Virus record (IMG/VR): IMGVR_UViG_3300024254_000003
Coordinates: 1-46,302 of that record
Strand: one strand, 5' to 3'
From: a virus
Lineage: Duplodnaviria > Caudoviricetes
DNA: 46,302 nt
The notes under the pieces were generated by a model. It saw only the letters and a program-made list of their open reading frames with translations, did not search any database and was not told the origin of the DNA. Position numbers and translations under genes: made by a program. Below, piece by piece: positions 25,634 through 35,711 of the stretch (within the stretch, counting starts at the first letter, position 1; each line of letters begins with the position of its first letter).

Positions 25634-27028
25634 ATGACATTTGGTCCATTTCCAACAGCTTTAGCTAATGCTATTCAACAAAATTTCCTTGAAAGAGCAT
25701 TCATTGAATCATTAAAAAACATCTTACATTATCGCGAAATTGCTGATCGTGAAACATTTCCTGGTCGCATCGGTGATACCATCACGAAAACTCGCCCTGG
25801 TTTAATGATTCCTAATATTACTCCATTAGATCCATCTGGCAACACCAACTTGGATAACGGTTTAAGCCCACAACAATACAGTGATGAACAATATACATTG
25901 GCTGTATTTCAATATCCTCAATTAGCTCCAGACATTAACTTAATTGATGATGAAACAACGATTGCAGCATTTGCGATGAAGAACTCTGAAAACTTGGGTA
26001 TTGCTCAAGCTACAGCATTGGATCGTATTGCGCGTAACGCTTTGTTCCAAGCTTATATGGGTGGTAACACAGTTGTAACTCAAACACTTGGAGCTCCTGG
26101 TACCACAGTTAATGTTGACGATACTCGTGGCTTCCAAACCGTAGTTGTTAACGGTAACGTTACAGCTGTTTCTCCCTCCAATCCTTTGGCTGTATTCATT
26201 AATGGCACTTCTTACAACGTAACTGGCTTTGCTAATGACGTATCAAACGTTTCTAGCGCTGCAATTACGGGAGGTACCTCTGGAACTATCACAACTTCTG
26301 TTAACGTTACTATATTAAACGGTACAGCAGGCAATGCGGTTGTTAGTGCAACAGCTCCATTGATTGTCCGTCCTAACGGTCGCGCAGTTACAGGGGATCT
26401 TATCACCACAGACTTACTCAATATGACCAGCATTTTATCTGCTGTTAGTTATCTCCGTAACAACGCAGTGCCAAAAGTTCGCGGTGCATATAACTTCTAT
26501 CTGAATAGCACTTCAATGAACGAATTGTTTCAAGATCCAGAATTCCAAGTATTAAACCGTGGTGTTAGCACTCGTGATACAGTGTATGAAAATGCTTGGG
26601 TTTACAATGCGTTTTTAGATGTCCGTTTCGTAATGACAACTGAAACGTTTGTGCAGCCTGTACAAGGAAGTGCGCCTGTTCCTGTTACTGTCACAGTGCA
26701 ACGTCCTATTGTTTGCGGTGCTGGATCTTTAGTAGAAGGTATTTTTGCTAAAGGTTTGGATGCTATCCGCAACATGGCTGGCCGCAGTGGCACGGGTCAA
26801 ATGGAAGGCTTCATGCCAATTGTTAACGTCATGGGCGAGAAGTTCATGTATGAGGGTTTCTACCAATATCTCCGTCATCCTTTAGATCGTTTGGGTCAAA
26901 TTATCTCTCAAGCTTCAAACTACATTGGGGGCTTTACTGTTCCGACCGACGTAACAACCACGTCAGATATTATCCCAACTGCAAGTAATGCTTATTACAA
27001 ACGCTGTGTAATCATCGAGACCGCATAA
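25634..27028 (+). CDS. Major capsid protein
   Basis: Position after scaffold; GDTITKTR, LGIAQATALDRIARN, LRNNAVP, LDRLGQIIS; biased codon usage. Confidence 0.85.
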   Translation: MTFGPFPTALANAIQQNFLERAFIESLKNILHYREIADRETFPGRIGDTITKTRPGLMIPNITPLDPSGNTNLDNGLSPQQYSDEQYTLAVFQYPQLAPDINLIDDETTIAAFAMKNSENLGIAQATALDRIARNALFQAYMGGNTVVTQTLGAPGTTVNVDDTRGFQTVVVNGNVTAVSPSNPLAVFINGTSYNVTGFANDVSNVSSAAITGGTSGTITTSVNVTILNGTAGNAVVSATAPLIVRPNGRAVTGDLITTDLLNMTSILSAVSYLRNNAVPKVRGAYNFYLNSTSMNELFQDPEFQVLNRGVSTRDTVYENAWVYNAFLDVRFVMTTETFVQPVQGSAPVPVTVTVQRPIVCGAGSLVEGIFAKGLDAIRNMAGRSGTGQMEGFMPIVNVMGEKFMYEGFYQYLRHPLDRLGQIISQASNYIGGFTVPTDVTTTSDIIPTASNAYYKRCVIIETA

Positions 27029-27029
27029 T

Positions 27030-27296
27030 ATGGCGAAAAAAGATAAGCAAGACGAATCCTCAGAAGCTGAAATGGCTTCTGAGGTTGTAGTGAAGAAAAA
27101 ACAGGAAAGGATAGGCATTCTTTTGAAGGGTTTTGTGCAGTCTTTGCCGTTAGGACCACATTCGCATCAATGCGTTTATAAAAAATGGTCAGCAGGGCAA
27201 ATTATCACGAATCCAAAAGATATAGAAATGCTGATAGGTCTAAACGCTCCGATGGGGGTGTATATCAAAGATGTTGACGGAACAGCAAAAAATTGA
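27030..27296 (+). CDS. Hypothetical head-associated protein
   Basis: Coupled downstream of MCP. Confidence 0.6.
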   Translation: MAKKDKQDESSEAEMASEVVVKKKQERIGILLKGFVQSLPLGPHSHQCVYKKWSAGQIITNPKDIEMLIGLNAPMGVYIKDVDGTAKN

Positions 27297-27657
27297 TGTA
27301 CGTAGATATTGCGGATTCCCCGTGTATGGTAATGGGGTTTCTGCATCTCCACCTTCTTTCGGATACCGTTATTATCATCAATATTTGATTTTAGAATATC
27401 GAATGAATAACTTAGCTCCTGAAGAAGAGACTACGTTAATTGATAAATATCTCACTATCTTGGGTTCATTAGAAACAGATATCCCAACTGCTAGCGATAA
27501 CTTAGATACAGATCGCGCAGCCGTTTGGTATCACAATAAAAATGAAGTCCGTGATAGATTTGCCCTTTATAAATTATGGGCTATTCGTTTGTGTGATTTT
27601 CTCGGATGCTGGGGACCAGCAAAACTAATGCAATCTGGTTTACAGGTAGTCTGTTAA
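27271..27657 (+). CDS. Head-tail adaptor-like protein
   Basis: LTEQQKIDVRRYCGFP; position. Confidence 0.65.
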   Translation: MLTEQQKIDVRRYCGFPVYGNGVSASPPSFGYRYYHQYLILEYRMNNLAPEEETTLIDKYLTILGSLETDIPTASDNLDTDRAAVWYHNKNEVRDRFALYKLWAIRLCDFLGCWGPAKLMQSGLQVVC

Positions 27658-28349
27658 TGGATGGCACCAAGATTCAACAAAAGATTTACTACGGCTATGC
27701 TAAAGCCGCAACTAAACTTGGTGCCGATTTTAATTTGTATCGCTCAGCAGTTCCGACTAATCCTATTGCGGATGGAAATTTAATTGGTGCGTTGAAAGCA
27801 AGTACAAACCAAGAATGGTCGTACATGCGAGCAAACAAATATAACAATGCTGTTTGGCAAATACTGATTGATGCACAAAGGAAAAATCTTCCTTTAGCGG
27901 CAAAAGTAGGTGATTACATTGTTGGTATACCTAATACAAAGGGTTATATCGACGATAACAGCACTTATTTTATTATTGCCGAACAATTTTTAATGACGAT
28001 ATTGGCAGTAAAGTGTAATGCAACGCTTAATGTTATTCGGCCAAGCCAAACAACTGGAGCGGGATATCAAGGTTATGTTGGCTACACAACCGCATCGTCA
28101 GAAACAATTATGACGGGTATGCCAGCTTCGGTTTTAAGTCAGGCTCGCAGCACGAATGCACCGACTAAACTGCCGACAGATACCACGGAACCTGTTTGGA
28201 AAGTGTTAATGCCGAATTTGGGCAATGTGATTATCCGCGTGGATGACATTATGATTGATGAATTTGATCAAGAATATGTTGTTATGGATAATGAAATAAC
28301 TGAATTGGGATGGCGCATTACTGCAAAACAAGTTGTAAATTCGAGGTAA
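27657..28349 (+). CDS. Head-closure/neck protein (start at TAATG 27657)
   Basis: Position; coupled start. Confidence 0.6.
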   Translation: MDGTKIQQKIYYGYAKAATKLGADFNLYRSAVPTNPIADGNLIGALKASTNQEWSYMRANKYNNAVWQILIDAQRKNLPLAAKVGDYIVGIPNTKGYIDDNSTYFIIAEQFLMTILAVKCNATLNVIRPSQTTGAGYQGYVGYTTASSETIMTGMPASVLSQARSTNAPTKLPTDTTEPVWKVLMPNLGNVIIRVDDIMIDEFDQEYVVMDNEITELGWRITAKQVVNSR

Positions 28350-28351
28350 CG

Positions 28352-29161
28352 ATGCCAGACTTATCGCAAGTATTAACAACAGTTACCTTACTGGCAGAAA
28401 GCGCCGTTTATCCCAGCGGCACAAGTCAACCTTCAGTTGCTGGCGTCCAAGTTACCGTGGAAGAAGGCTGGCCTATCAGTACACAGATTGATAAAGACTT
28501 AGCGGCTGGATACGCTCATGTATCTGTTTTCCCGACTAATAAAGAACGAGTAGTGACAAAGTTTGAAAGAGAATTTCAGCCGAATCAGAAAACGGCTGCA
28601 ACTTTGACAGCTACTGTAACGGGTCAGACTATAACGATAGGTGGAACGGTCACAATTCCTCAAGCCGTTATGGTCATCGTGAATGGACAAGCCGCTCAGG
28701 GATATGGTTACCAAGTTTTGGTAAATGATACCCTGGATAGCATTGCCGCAGGGATTGCGGACTTGATACCAGGTTCGAGTGCAGTGGGGGCAGTTGTGAC
28801 TGTTCCTTCGGCATTTGACCTGGTGGCAAGAATTGCTACGGCATATACCGCATCAGAAGAACTCAGCAGACAAGAACGTGTTTTTATGATTTCCGTTTGG
28901 GCACCTAATCCTAATATTCGATATTTGCTTGGCTCAGCAATTGATATCGCATTTAAGCAAAACTACCGGATTGTGTTACCTGACAATTATTACGGACAGG
29001 TTTTCTATAGCCATGTTGAAGAAATAGATATTTTAGAACAACAGATTATCTATCGACGTAATTTGTTCTATAATGTTCAGTATCCGACGACCGTTACAAA
29101 CACGTACACAACGATCACCGACCCTTATACGATCACGCAGATCGTGCAAGAGATTACTTAA
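28352..29161 (+). CDS. Tail terminator/neck protein
   Basis: GWP, ISVWAP, IYRR.L.Y.V.YPT; precedes sheath; GAGG RBS before ATG 28352. Confidence 0.6.
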   Translation: MPDLSQVLTTVTLLAESAVYPSGTSQPSVAGVQVTVEEGWPISTQIDKDLAAGYAHVSVFPTNKERVVTKFEREFQPNQKTAATLTATVTGQTITIGGTVTIPQAVMVIVNGQAAQGYGYQVLVNDTLDSIAAGIADLIPGSSAVGAVVTVPSAFDLVARIATAYTASEELSRQERVFMISVWAPNPNIRYLLGSAIDIAFKQNYRIVLPDNYYGQVFYSHVEEIDILEQQIIYRRNLFYNVQYPTTVTNTYTTITDPYTITQIVQEIT

Positions 29162-29173
29162 AAAGGACTTTAT

Positions 29174-31453
29174 ATGCCAATATCGCAAGCCGGTTCCACA
29201 AATTTATCCGCCATTGGGGTGCCAAACGTTTATGTGCAAATTGTTCCGCCCAATCCATTATTGAATGGAGTTCCAACGGATATCGTTGGTGTTGTTGGTA
29301 CGGCACAATGGGGACCAAAAAATGCTCCTGTAACCATTGGCAGTTTACAGCAATCAGTATCAATATTCGGCAATCCATCTTTAGATGCCTATGATATGCC
29401 TAGCTGTGTTTACGCAGCAATGCTGCAAGGCGCCAACAATTTCCGTTGCGTTCGCGTGACCGATGGCACTGATATGGCTGCGAGTGTTTTAATGCTTGAT
29501 ACACAAGCACCTGCACCAAGCGGCGGTGTATTGCTCACGTCTATTTATACAGGCGCATTGGGTAATACAACAAATGCTCAATTTGCAGTAGGATCGGGTT
29601 CTACTCCAGGCGCACCAACTTACAAACTCACGATTTGGATGTCCGGCGGTGTTCCAGAAGTATTTGATAATATTGGTGGCACAGGCCAAACATTCTGGGC
29701 AAATGTCGTTAGTGCGGTCAATCTTGGCCAATCGATTGCTCGCGGACCTTCTCAACTTGTTACAGCTTCTCTGAGTACCGGCATTGCTTCTGTTACAGTT
29801 ACAGCCGAGGGTTCTTACACAACATTACCTACTCTAGGAACTAGCGGTCCTGGTTCTGGTGCAACATTAAATCCTGTGATGAAGGCTATCACGGCCGCTG
29901 TTGCCGGTGGTGGCACGGGGTATGTTGCTAGCGATACAATTACCTTAGCGGGCGGTACTTTTACAACCGCAAGCGTTTTAACTGTCAATGCGGCTTCGCA
30001 AGTACATTATGATGCAACTGCAATTGTTATTGTTGATGCCGGTAGCGGATATGTTGCAACTGATACAATTACACTAACAGGTGGTACAGCAGGCACGGAT
30101 GCTATTGTTACCGTTGATACTGTAGACGGCGGCGGCGCTATTCTCACAGCTCATGTTTCAACCGCTGGTGATTATACTGTTAGACCTTCGAATCCTGTTG
30201 CTCAAGGTTCAACGAGTGGCGTGGGTGTTGGCGCAACATTCGATGTAACCTTTGGTGTTCTTTCTGGTGGCGTGATCTCTGCCGTAACCATTACAACTGT
30301 AGGTTCTTACACCGCATTGCCAAGCAATCCAGTGGCACAAACTTCTAGCTCCGGTATGGGTACAGGTGCTACATTTACTATGGCATGGGGTTTGCTAGCC
30401 GTTAATATCCCAGTGCATGGTTCAGGTTATGACGGTACATCCCTTTTGACTGTCAGCCCTACTGGCGCTACGGGAACCCTCGTGATCGGCTCGCAAACTA
30501 CCCCTGCTTTGTCGGCGTTAAGTTTATCTGGTGGCACAAATGGTAACTCCGCAGTAACTAGCGCAACGCTTGTGGGTGTTGATACTGGCTCGCGCACGGG
30601 TATGTATGCATTAAGAAAAACAGGCGCAAGTATTGTTGCTCTCTCAAATGCTTCTGATCCTACACAGTGGTCACCTCAAGTAACCTTTGGTTTAAGCGAA
30701 GGTGCTTATATGATCGCAACTGTAGCAGCGGGTTATCAAGACAACATCGCTGGTGCTATCACATTGAAACAAACGCAAGGCATTGATAGCTACGCAATGA
30801 AATTATTGATGGGTGACTGGGTTCAATTCTTTGATCCATTCAATAATCAATCACGTTTTATTAGTGAACAAGGTTTTGTTTGCGGTATTTTGGCAACGCA
30901 ATTACCAAGTGGTTCGTCTCTCAATAAAATCATGCAAGGCATTAGTGCAACGCAAAAAACTAATGAAAATCAAATTTACTCAGATGCTGATTTGCTACAA
31001 ATAGAGACTGGCAATTTGGATGTTGTCACTCGACCAATTCCTGCATCAGATAGCGCATATGGCGTTCGCTTAGGTGTTAATACAAGTAGTAATGCTGTAA
31101 CAAATGGCGATAACTATACGCGCATGATTAACTTTTTAGCCTTAACGTTTATTAACGGCTTAGGCGGCTTTATTGGCCAACCTCAAACCCCAACAGTTCG
31201 TCTGCAAGCTAAGTCTACGCTTGAATCCTTCTTGCAAAATTTAGCAACGCTTGGAATGATCGGAAACGTTAATGGTGGGCCAGCTTACCGTGTCATTCTT
31301 GATGATACAAACAATCCATTTAACCGCGTGGCGTTAGGTTACATGCAAGCGGATATTCAAGTGACATTGTTCTCAATCATTCAGCAATTTGTGGTAAATT
31401 TACAAGCCGGTCAATCGGTTCAAATTCAAACTCTGCCTCCACAATTAGTGTAG
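29174..31453 (+). CDS. Contractile tail sheath protein with inserted beta-repeat domains
   Basis: VPNVYVQI, GVVGTAQWGP, CVRVTDG, LSGGTNG, D.TNNP..RVALGY. Confidence 0.9.
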   Translation: MPISQAGSTNLSAIGVPNVYVQIVPPNPLLNGVPTDIVGVVGTAQWGPKNAPVTIGSLQQSVSIFGNPSLDAYDMPSCVYAAMLQGANNFRCVRVTDGTDMAASVLMLDTQAPAPSGGVLLTSIYTGALGNTTNAQFAVGSGSTPGAPTYKLTIWMSGGVPEVFDNIGGTGQTFWANVVSAVNLGQSIARGPSQLVTASLSTGIASVTVTAEGSYTTLPTLGTSGPGSGATLNPVMKAITAAVAGGGTGYVASDTITLAGGTFTTASVLTVNAASQVHYDATAIVIVDAGSGYVATDTITLTGGTAGTDAIVTVDTVDGGGAILTAHVSTAGDYTVRPSNPVAQGSTSGVGVGATFDVTFGVLSGGVISAVTITTVGSYTALPSNPVAQTSSSGMGTGATFTMAWGLLAVNIPVHGSGYDGTSLLTVSPTGATGTLVIGSQTTPALSALSLSGGTNGNSAVTSATLVGVDTGSRTGMYALRKTGASIVALSNASDPTQWSPQVTFGLSEGAYMIATVAAGYQDNIAGAITLKQTQGIDSYAMKLLMGDWVQFFDPFNNQSRFISEQGFVCGILATQLPSGSSLNKIMQGISATQKTNENQIYSDADLLQIETGNLDVVTRPIPASDSAYGVRLGVNTSSNAVTNGDNYTRMINFLALTFINGLGGFIGQPQTPTVRLQAKSTLESFLQNLATLGMIGNVNGGPAYRVILDDTNNPFNRVALGYMQADIQVTLFSIIQQFVVNLQAGQSVQIQTLPPQLV

Positions 31454-31485
31454 GCAGCGGATTAATGTTAATGGAGTAACAGATT

Positions 31486-31917
31486 ATGCCATTGAATGGG
31501 TTAAGTTCTGGTATAGACAGTAAAGTGACTTTTACCGATCTAAACGGCGTATTAAATTTTTCTATCATTGAAAACTTTACCGCTAAAGAAGATGCAACCA
31601 CCGACAAAGTTGTTGCTATGGACGGCACGGTTCGCCACCCTAAATTTCACCAAGGTTGGTCTGGTTCTTTCATGCTAGAAAGAAATAGCAACTTTATGGA
31701 TAATTATATCGCGGCACAAGAAGCCGCATATTATCGTGGGCTAGATCAAATTAATGTAACAATCAGCCAGACTATTACAGAAAACAACGGTACTGTATCG
31801 CAATATCAATACACTGAATGCGTACTCTATCTTGAAGATTCTGGGAATTATTCTGGTACGGAAATTGTCAAACAAAGCGTATCATTTGTTTCGGCAAGGA
31901 AATTACAATTAGTGTAA
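31486..31917 (+). CDS. Tail tube protein
   Basis: 143 aa after sheath; GWSGSF.LER. Confidence 0.8.
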   Translation: MPLNGLSSGIDSKVTFTDLNGVLNFSIIENFTAKEDATTDKVVAMDGTVRHPKFHQGWSGSFMLERNSNFMDNYIAAQEAAYYRGLDQINVTISQTITENNGTVSQYQYTECVLYLEDSGNYSGTEIVKQSVSFVSARKLQLV

Positions 31918-31920
31918 GGA

Positions 31921-32274
31921 ATGGATATGGAAGCTAAAAAACCAAGCGAAAAAGTTATTTCTTCAGCATTTGATGGAAAAGAAATAAAGGACAGGATGGG
32001 AAGAGTTTTAAGATTACGAAAGCCTAATATTCTGGATCATTATTATTTGCGACGAGCGTTGGGCGCGGACGCTGATAATACTGGTTGTATGTCAATGATG
32101 ATGCACATTTTGTATGTTGCAGGCATTGATGGGCAAGTTTTAGAAACGCCACATACGCATTCAGAATGTTTGGCAGCATTAAAACGCTTGGGAGAAGAAG
32201 GGATTTTTGCGTTAAGTAATTTTGTAGAAAGCCTCTCACAAGAGGAGGATGGTGATAAGATAAAAAAATCGTAG
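31921..32274 (+). CDS. Tail assembly chaperone (gpG-like)
   Basis: Position; ends at an A7 slippery site. Confidence 0.75.
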   Translation: MDMEAKKPSEKVISSAFDGKEIKDRMGRVLRLRKPNILDHYYLRRALGADADNTGCMSMMMHILYVAGIDGQVLETPHTHSECLAALKRLGEEGIFALSNFVESLSQEEDGDKIKKS

Positions 32275-32447
32275 AGGACACCCGAATTAGAGAGGCATTG
32301 TTTCTTGTTAAGCGTGGTGTTCCTTTTGACGTAGCATTTAATCTTGATGATGAAATGAGAATTGCTTGGTGCATTATTCATGGCGAACAAGAAGGACTAG
32401 GCAAATTTAACTTTTTATCGAATAGGTTTGATGAGAAGGGGGCATAA
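32262..32447 (+). CDS. -1 frameshift extension of tail chaperone (gpGT-like)
   Basis: A AAA AAA at 32262-32268; the -1 frame is open for 59 codons (IVEDTRIREALFLVKRGVPFDVAF...) to a TAA overlapping the next ATG. Confidence 0.75.
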   Translation, partial: KKIVEDTRIREALFLVKRGVPFDVAFNLDDEMRIAWCIIHGEQEGLGKFNFLSNRFDEKGA

Positions 32448-32953
32448 TGGCAAAAGAATTTAAGACATTAACGGCTTTTGCCAAGCACATGACAAAAGTC
32501 GTGGCTAAATATCCCAAAAAAGAAATGCAAGCCGCTCAGTTTCTTGGCGCTGTTCTCGAAGCCGAAGCTAAAGATAAAATAGGTCATTTGCAGGAAGGTG
32601 CGGGACCATTTGCTGCTTGGAAAGAATTAGCAGAATCTACTAAAGCCGATAAAGAACAAAAAGGTTATGTATTCAATCATGAATATAATCCTCTATATCG
32701 TACAGGGGATCTTAAAAATTCCATTCATCATTCTTTCAATCCCTCAACACATAACTTATATCTCGGCTCCGATAGTGAGATAATGATCTACCAAGAGCTT
32801 GGTACTAATCGTGGCATTCCCCCGCGTGCTGTGTTGGGCTTGACTATGTATCAGGCTAAGGCTGACATACATTACATTATGGGCGATATGCTTGTTTCAT
32901 GGATTGCAGACAAGCCACTGACAAAGAGGAAGCGCACGTATGGAAGCGTATAA
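32447..32953 (+). CDS. HK97 gp10-like / virion morphogenesis protein
   Basis: W..LAEST, PLYRTGDLKNSI, YQELGT..IPPR.VL. Confidence 0.75.
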   Translation: MAKEFKTLTAFAKHMTKVVAKYPKKEMQAAQFLGAVLEAEAKDKIGHLQEGAGPFAAWKELAESTKADKEQKGYVFNHEYNPLYRTGDLKNSIHHSFNPSTHNLYLGSDSEIMIYQELGTNRGIPPRAVLGLTMYQAKADIHYIMGDMLVSWIADKPLTKRKRTYGSV

Positions 32954-34778
32954 GATATGGGCGACGCTTAATTTAAAAGGCGACGCTACAACTAAACTTG
33001 ATCAATTCACCAAGGCTGTCCATAAGTCAGACCAAGCCGTCACGCTCTTAAATTCACATTTAAAACTAATCCAAGGTAGCATTGGAAAGTTAAACCCTTT
33101 GTTTAAAGATATGGCAAGCGGCATTGGCATGGCTGCTAGAGAATTAAAGCCAGCGTCCAAAGGTATGTCAGACCTTAATCGTGCAGTTTACTACGGTACG
33201 TCACGTATTGAGCGCATGGTAAGCAAAGTCGGCGCATTGAATGCCAGACTAAGAGCAACTGCCCTTGATGCACGTATGGCTTCATCAGAATTAGGTGGCC
33301 TTCGCGGTACTATTCCCTCAATGAGAGGCGGTGGTGGTGTTGCTTCTAGGGGTGGCCGACAATCATCAGCTCACAGATTAGCTCATGCCGCAGCATTTGG
33401 CTTAGGTGCAGTGGCGCCAGAAGCAGCAGCCGTTGGTGGATCTTATTATTTAGCTGGTGGCGGTGCTGTTGGTGGAATCGCGGCAGGCGTAGCAGGGGCT
33501 GGCATATTAGCAGCTCAGGGTTTCCAAAACACCAAAACACTATCCAGGCAACGCGCCATTTTGATGGGACAAGGTTTTAGCCCCGCGCAAATTGGCGAAT
33601 TTAACCAGATGACGATGAATGCACCTAGAGGTGTATCACCGACAATGATGGGCGAATCTCTAGTTGCGAGTCAGATGGGTTTGAGAAATTGGGGAGAAGC
33701 AAAAACCATAGCCCCAGATCTTGCAAAAATTACATATGCTGCAAAAAACACTTTTGGTGGTATGACTGATAAACAAACTCAGGATTTGATTCGTTTTGCT
33801 GAATTTATGAATATCAGTGGTAGCCCACAAGAAATGCGTAAATGGCTTAATGTTGGCGCTCAGATGACATTATCATCCGGCGGTACAATCATGCCAGGTG
33901 AGCAAGCTACATTCCTACGACAAGCGTCAGGTGCAGTAGCAGGACGCCTAACGCCAGAAGCTTATCTGACGTTAGAACCCATCATGCAAGAATACAGAGG
34001 CACCAAACTCGGTACAGCTTTTACAACGGGTTTGCGAGCAATGCTCAACCCTCAAATGAGCAACTTTGCCAAGTATCACGTTAAGCGCTTAGAAGATTTA
34101 GGCTTGTGGGACTCAAAAACAGGCAGGATGAAAAGCAGTTATTTAAGTTTGCTTACTAGTGATCCTGATATGTTCTTAAGACAAGTTTGGTTGCCTGCTT
34201 TGGCAAAAAAAGGTATTACTTCGCCAGAAGGAATTCGCAATGAAACTATGGGTGATATGCCAAGAACGTTTGGTACAGCATTAAATTTGATGTATAACAA
34301 AATGCCCATCACAGATAGATCAAGAGCATTATCAAAAAATCTATTAAATTCCGATGAATTTTATAATTTGGTTTTAGGTAATGAAGCTGGAGCGCAATCA
34401 AACTTATCAGCAGCATGGGAAAGATTAACAGTATCATTTGGGAAATTAGCTAATCCTGCAATTATCAAAGCCATGAATGCTTTAGCTGATCTTTTAGATG
34501 GCTTATCTAATATGCTCAATTTTAATAAACAGCAAGCAACAGGTTTCATGGGTTCTTTAACATCAAATGCCGGAAAAAGTTTATCGCAAATTGCTGGTGA
34601 GTTAGATACTCAATCAGGAAATGGCGTCGTTTCTGGCAATGTTTATCTTGATAAAGAAAAAGTAGGTAAAAGCTTATTTTCTTGGGGTGCTAAAAAAGCT
34701 GTTGCTTCAGGTACGGCAGGAATAACAAGTCAATATGACATATCATTAACACAAACAAACCCATTATATAACGGTTGA
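32940..34778 (+). CDS. Tape measure protein
   Basis: Long helical Ala/Gly-rich protein between chaperone and baseplate genes. Confidence 0.8.
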   Translation: MEAYKIWATLNLKGDATTKLDQFTKAVHKSDQAVTLLNSHLKLIQGSIGKLNPLFKDMASGIGMAARELKPASKGMSDLNRAVYYGTSRIERMVSKVGALNARLRATALDARMASSELGGLRGTIPSMRGGGGVASRGGRQSSAHRLAHAAAFGLGAVAPEAAAVGGSYYLAGGGAVGGIAAGVAGAGILAAQGFQNTKTLSRQRAILMGQGFSPAQIGEFNQMTMNAPRGVSPTMMGESLVASQMGLRNWGEAKTIAPDLAKITYAAKNTFGGMTDKQTQDLIRFAEFMNISGSPQEMRKWLNVGAQMTLSSGGTIMPGEQATFLRQASGAVAGRLTPEAYLTLEPIMQEYRGTKLGTAFTTGLRAMLNPQMSNFAKYHVKRLEDLGLWDSKTGRMKSSYLSLLTSDPDMFLRQVWLPALAKKGITSPEGIRNETMGDMPRTFGTALNLMYNKMPITDRSRALSKNLLNSDEFYNLVLGNEAGAQSNLSAAWERLTVSFGKLANPAIIKAMNALADLLDGLSNMLNFNKQQATGFMGSLTSNAGKSLSQIAGELDTQSGNGVVSGNVYLDKEKVGKSLFSWGAKKAVASGTAGITSQYDISLTQTNPLYNG

Positions 34779-35392
34779 TTATGACAACTTTAACGCTTGG
34801 CCAAGTTACATTTAGCAATTATGAAATACCCGAATCGATTAACTTTGGCGGATCACAATCGCTTTCTGTTAAGCAGTTAGTTGGTGGCCAAAGAATCGTT
34901 GATGCCATGGGGCGTATTGATGACGATATCACATGGTCAGGAATGTTTTTTGGAAGTACCGCAGTATTTCGCGCTAAGTTTTTAGATGGAATGCGTGTAG
35001 CTGGCGCTGCGCTTCCTTTAACATATAATCAATTTAGCTATTCCGTCGTGATTAAAGAATTCAGAGCTAACTTCCAGCGTAATTATCAAATACCCTATTC
35101 TTTAACAGTCACGGTGGTTCAAGATTTAGATAAACCATTCCCTGTTTTATTACCAGTGGGTTATGACGATGCAATTCAAGGTATGCTAACAGAAGCAAAT
35201 GATCTTGCATTATTGATCCAGAATGCTAACGTCACAACAGCAATGCTCGCCGTTACTTTAGCTATTAATGCCCTTCCTTCACTGGCCAATGCAACGGATG
35301 CTGAATTATCAGCGGTATTGATCCCTATCATTAGCGCACAAGCAGTGGTGGCACAAACAATTAGCGTAGTCAGTTCGGGGATATTTTCATGA
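34775..35392 (+). CDS. Tail tube initiator / baseplate protein
   Basis: LG...F...EIPE.I.FGG.Q; position. Confidence 0.65.
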   Translation: MIMTTLTLGQVTFSNYEIPESINFGGSQSLSVKQLVGGQRIVDAMGRIDDDITWSGMFFGSTAVFRAKFLDGMRVAGAALPLTYNQFSYSVVIKEFRANFQRNYQIPYSLTVTVVQDLDKPFPVLLPVGYDDAIQGMLTEANDLALLIQNANVTTAMLAVTLAINALPSLANATDAELSAVLIPIISAQAVVAQTISVVSSGIFS

Positions 35393-35709
35393 GTCTACCA
35401 GCAAATGGCGTCACAGCATTAGCCTTAGAGCAATTATCCAACCTTTATGTATTAGAAGGGTTGCTAGTACAAATGCAAAAGAACATCCTTTTGATAGAAC
35501 AAGGTTTCACTGGTCAAACGATTACAGTAAATAATGTTAGTCTTTATACGCTTGCGGCTAAATACTACGGTGATGCAACGCAATGGACGACGATTGCAAA
35601 TGCAAATAATCTCACAGATCCACAAGTGCCAGCGGGAATGGTAACGAAATTGATTATCCCATCGATATCTACAAGTAGCGGCGGAATATTAAATCAAACA
35701 ACAGGGTAA
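35389..35709 (+). CDS. LysM-domain baseplate protein (gpX-like)
   Basis: SLYTLAAKYYGDATQWTTIANANNLTDP...LIIP. Confidence 0.85.
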   Translation: MSLPANGVTALALEQLSNLYVLEGLLVQMQKNILLIEQGFTGQTITVNNVSLYTLAAKYYGDATQWTTIANANNLTDPQVPAGMVTKLIIPSISTSSGGILNQTTG

Positions 35710-35711
35710 TT

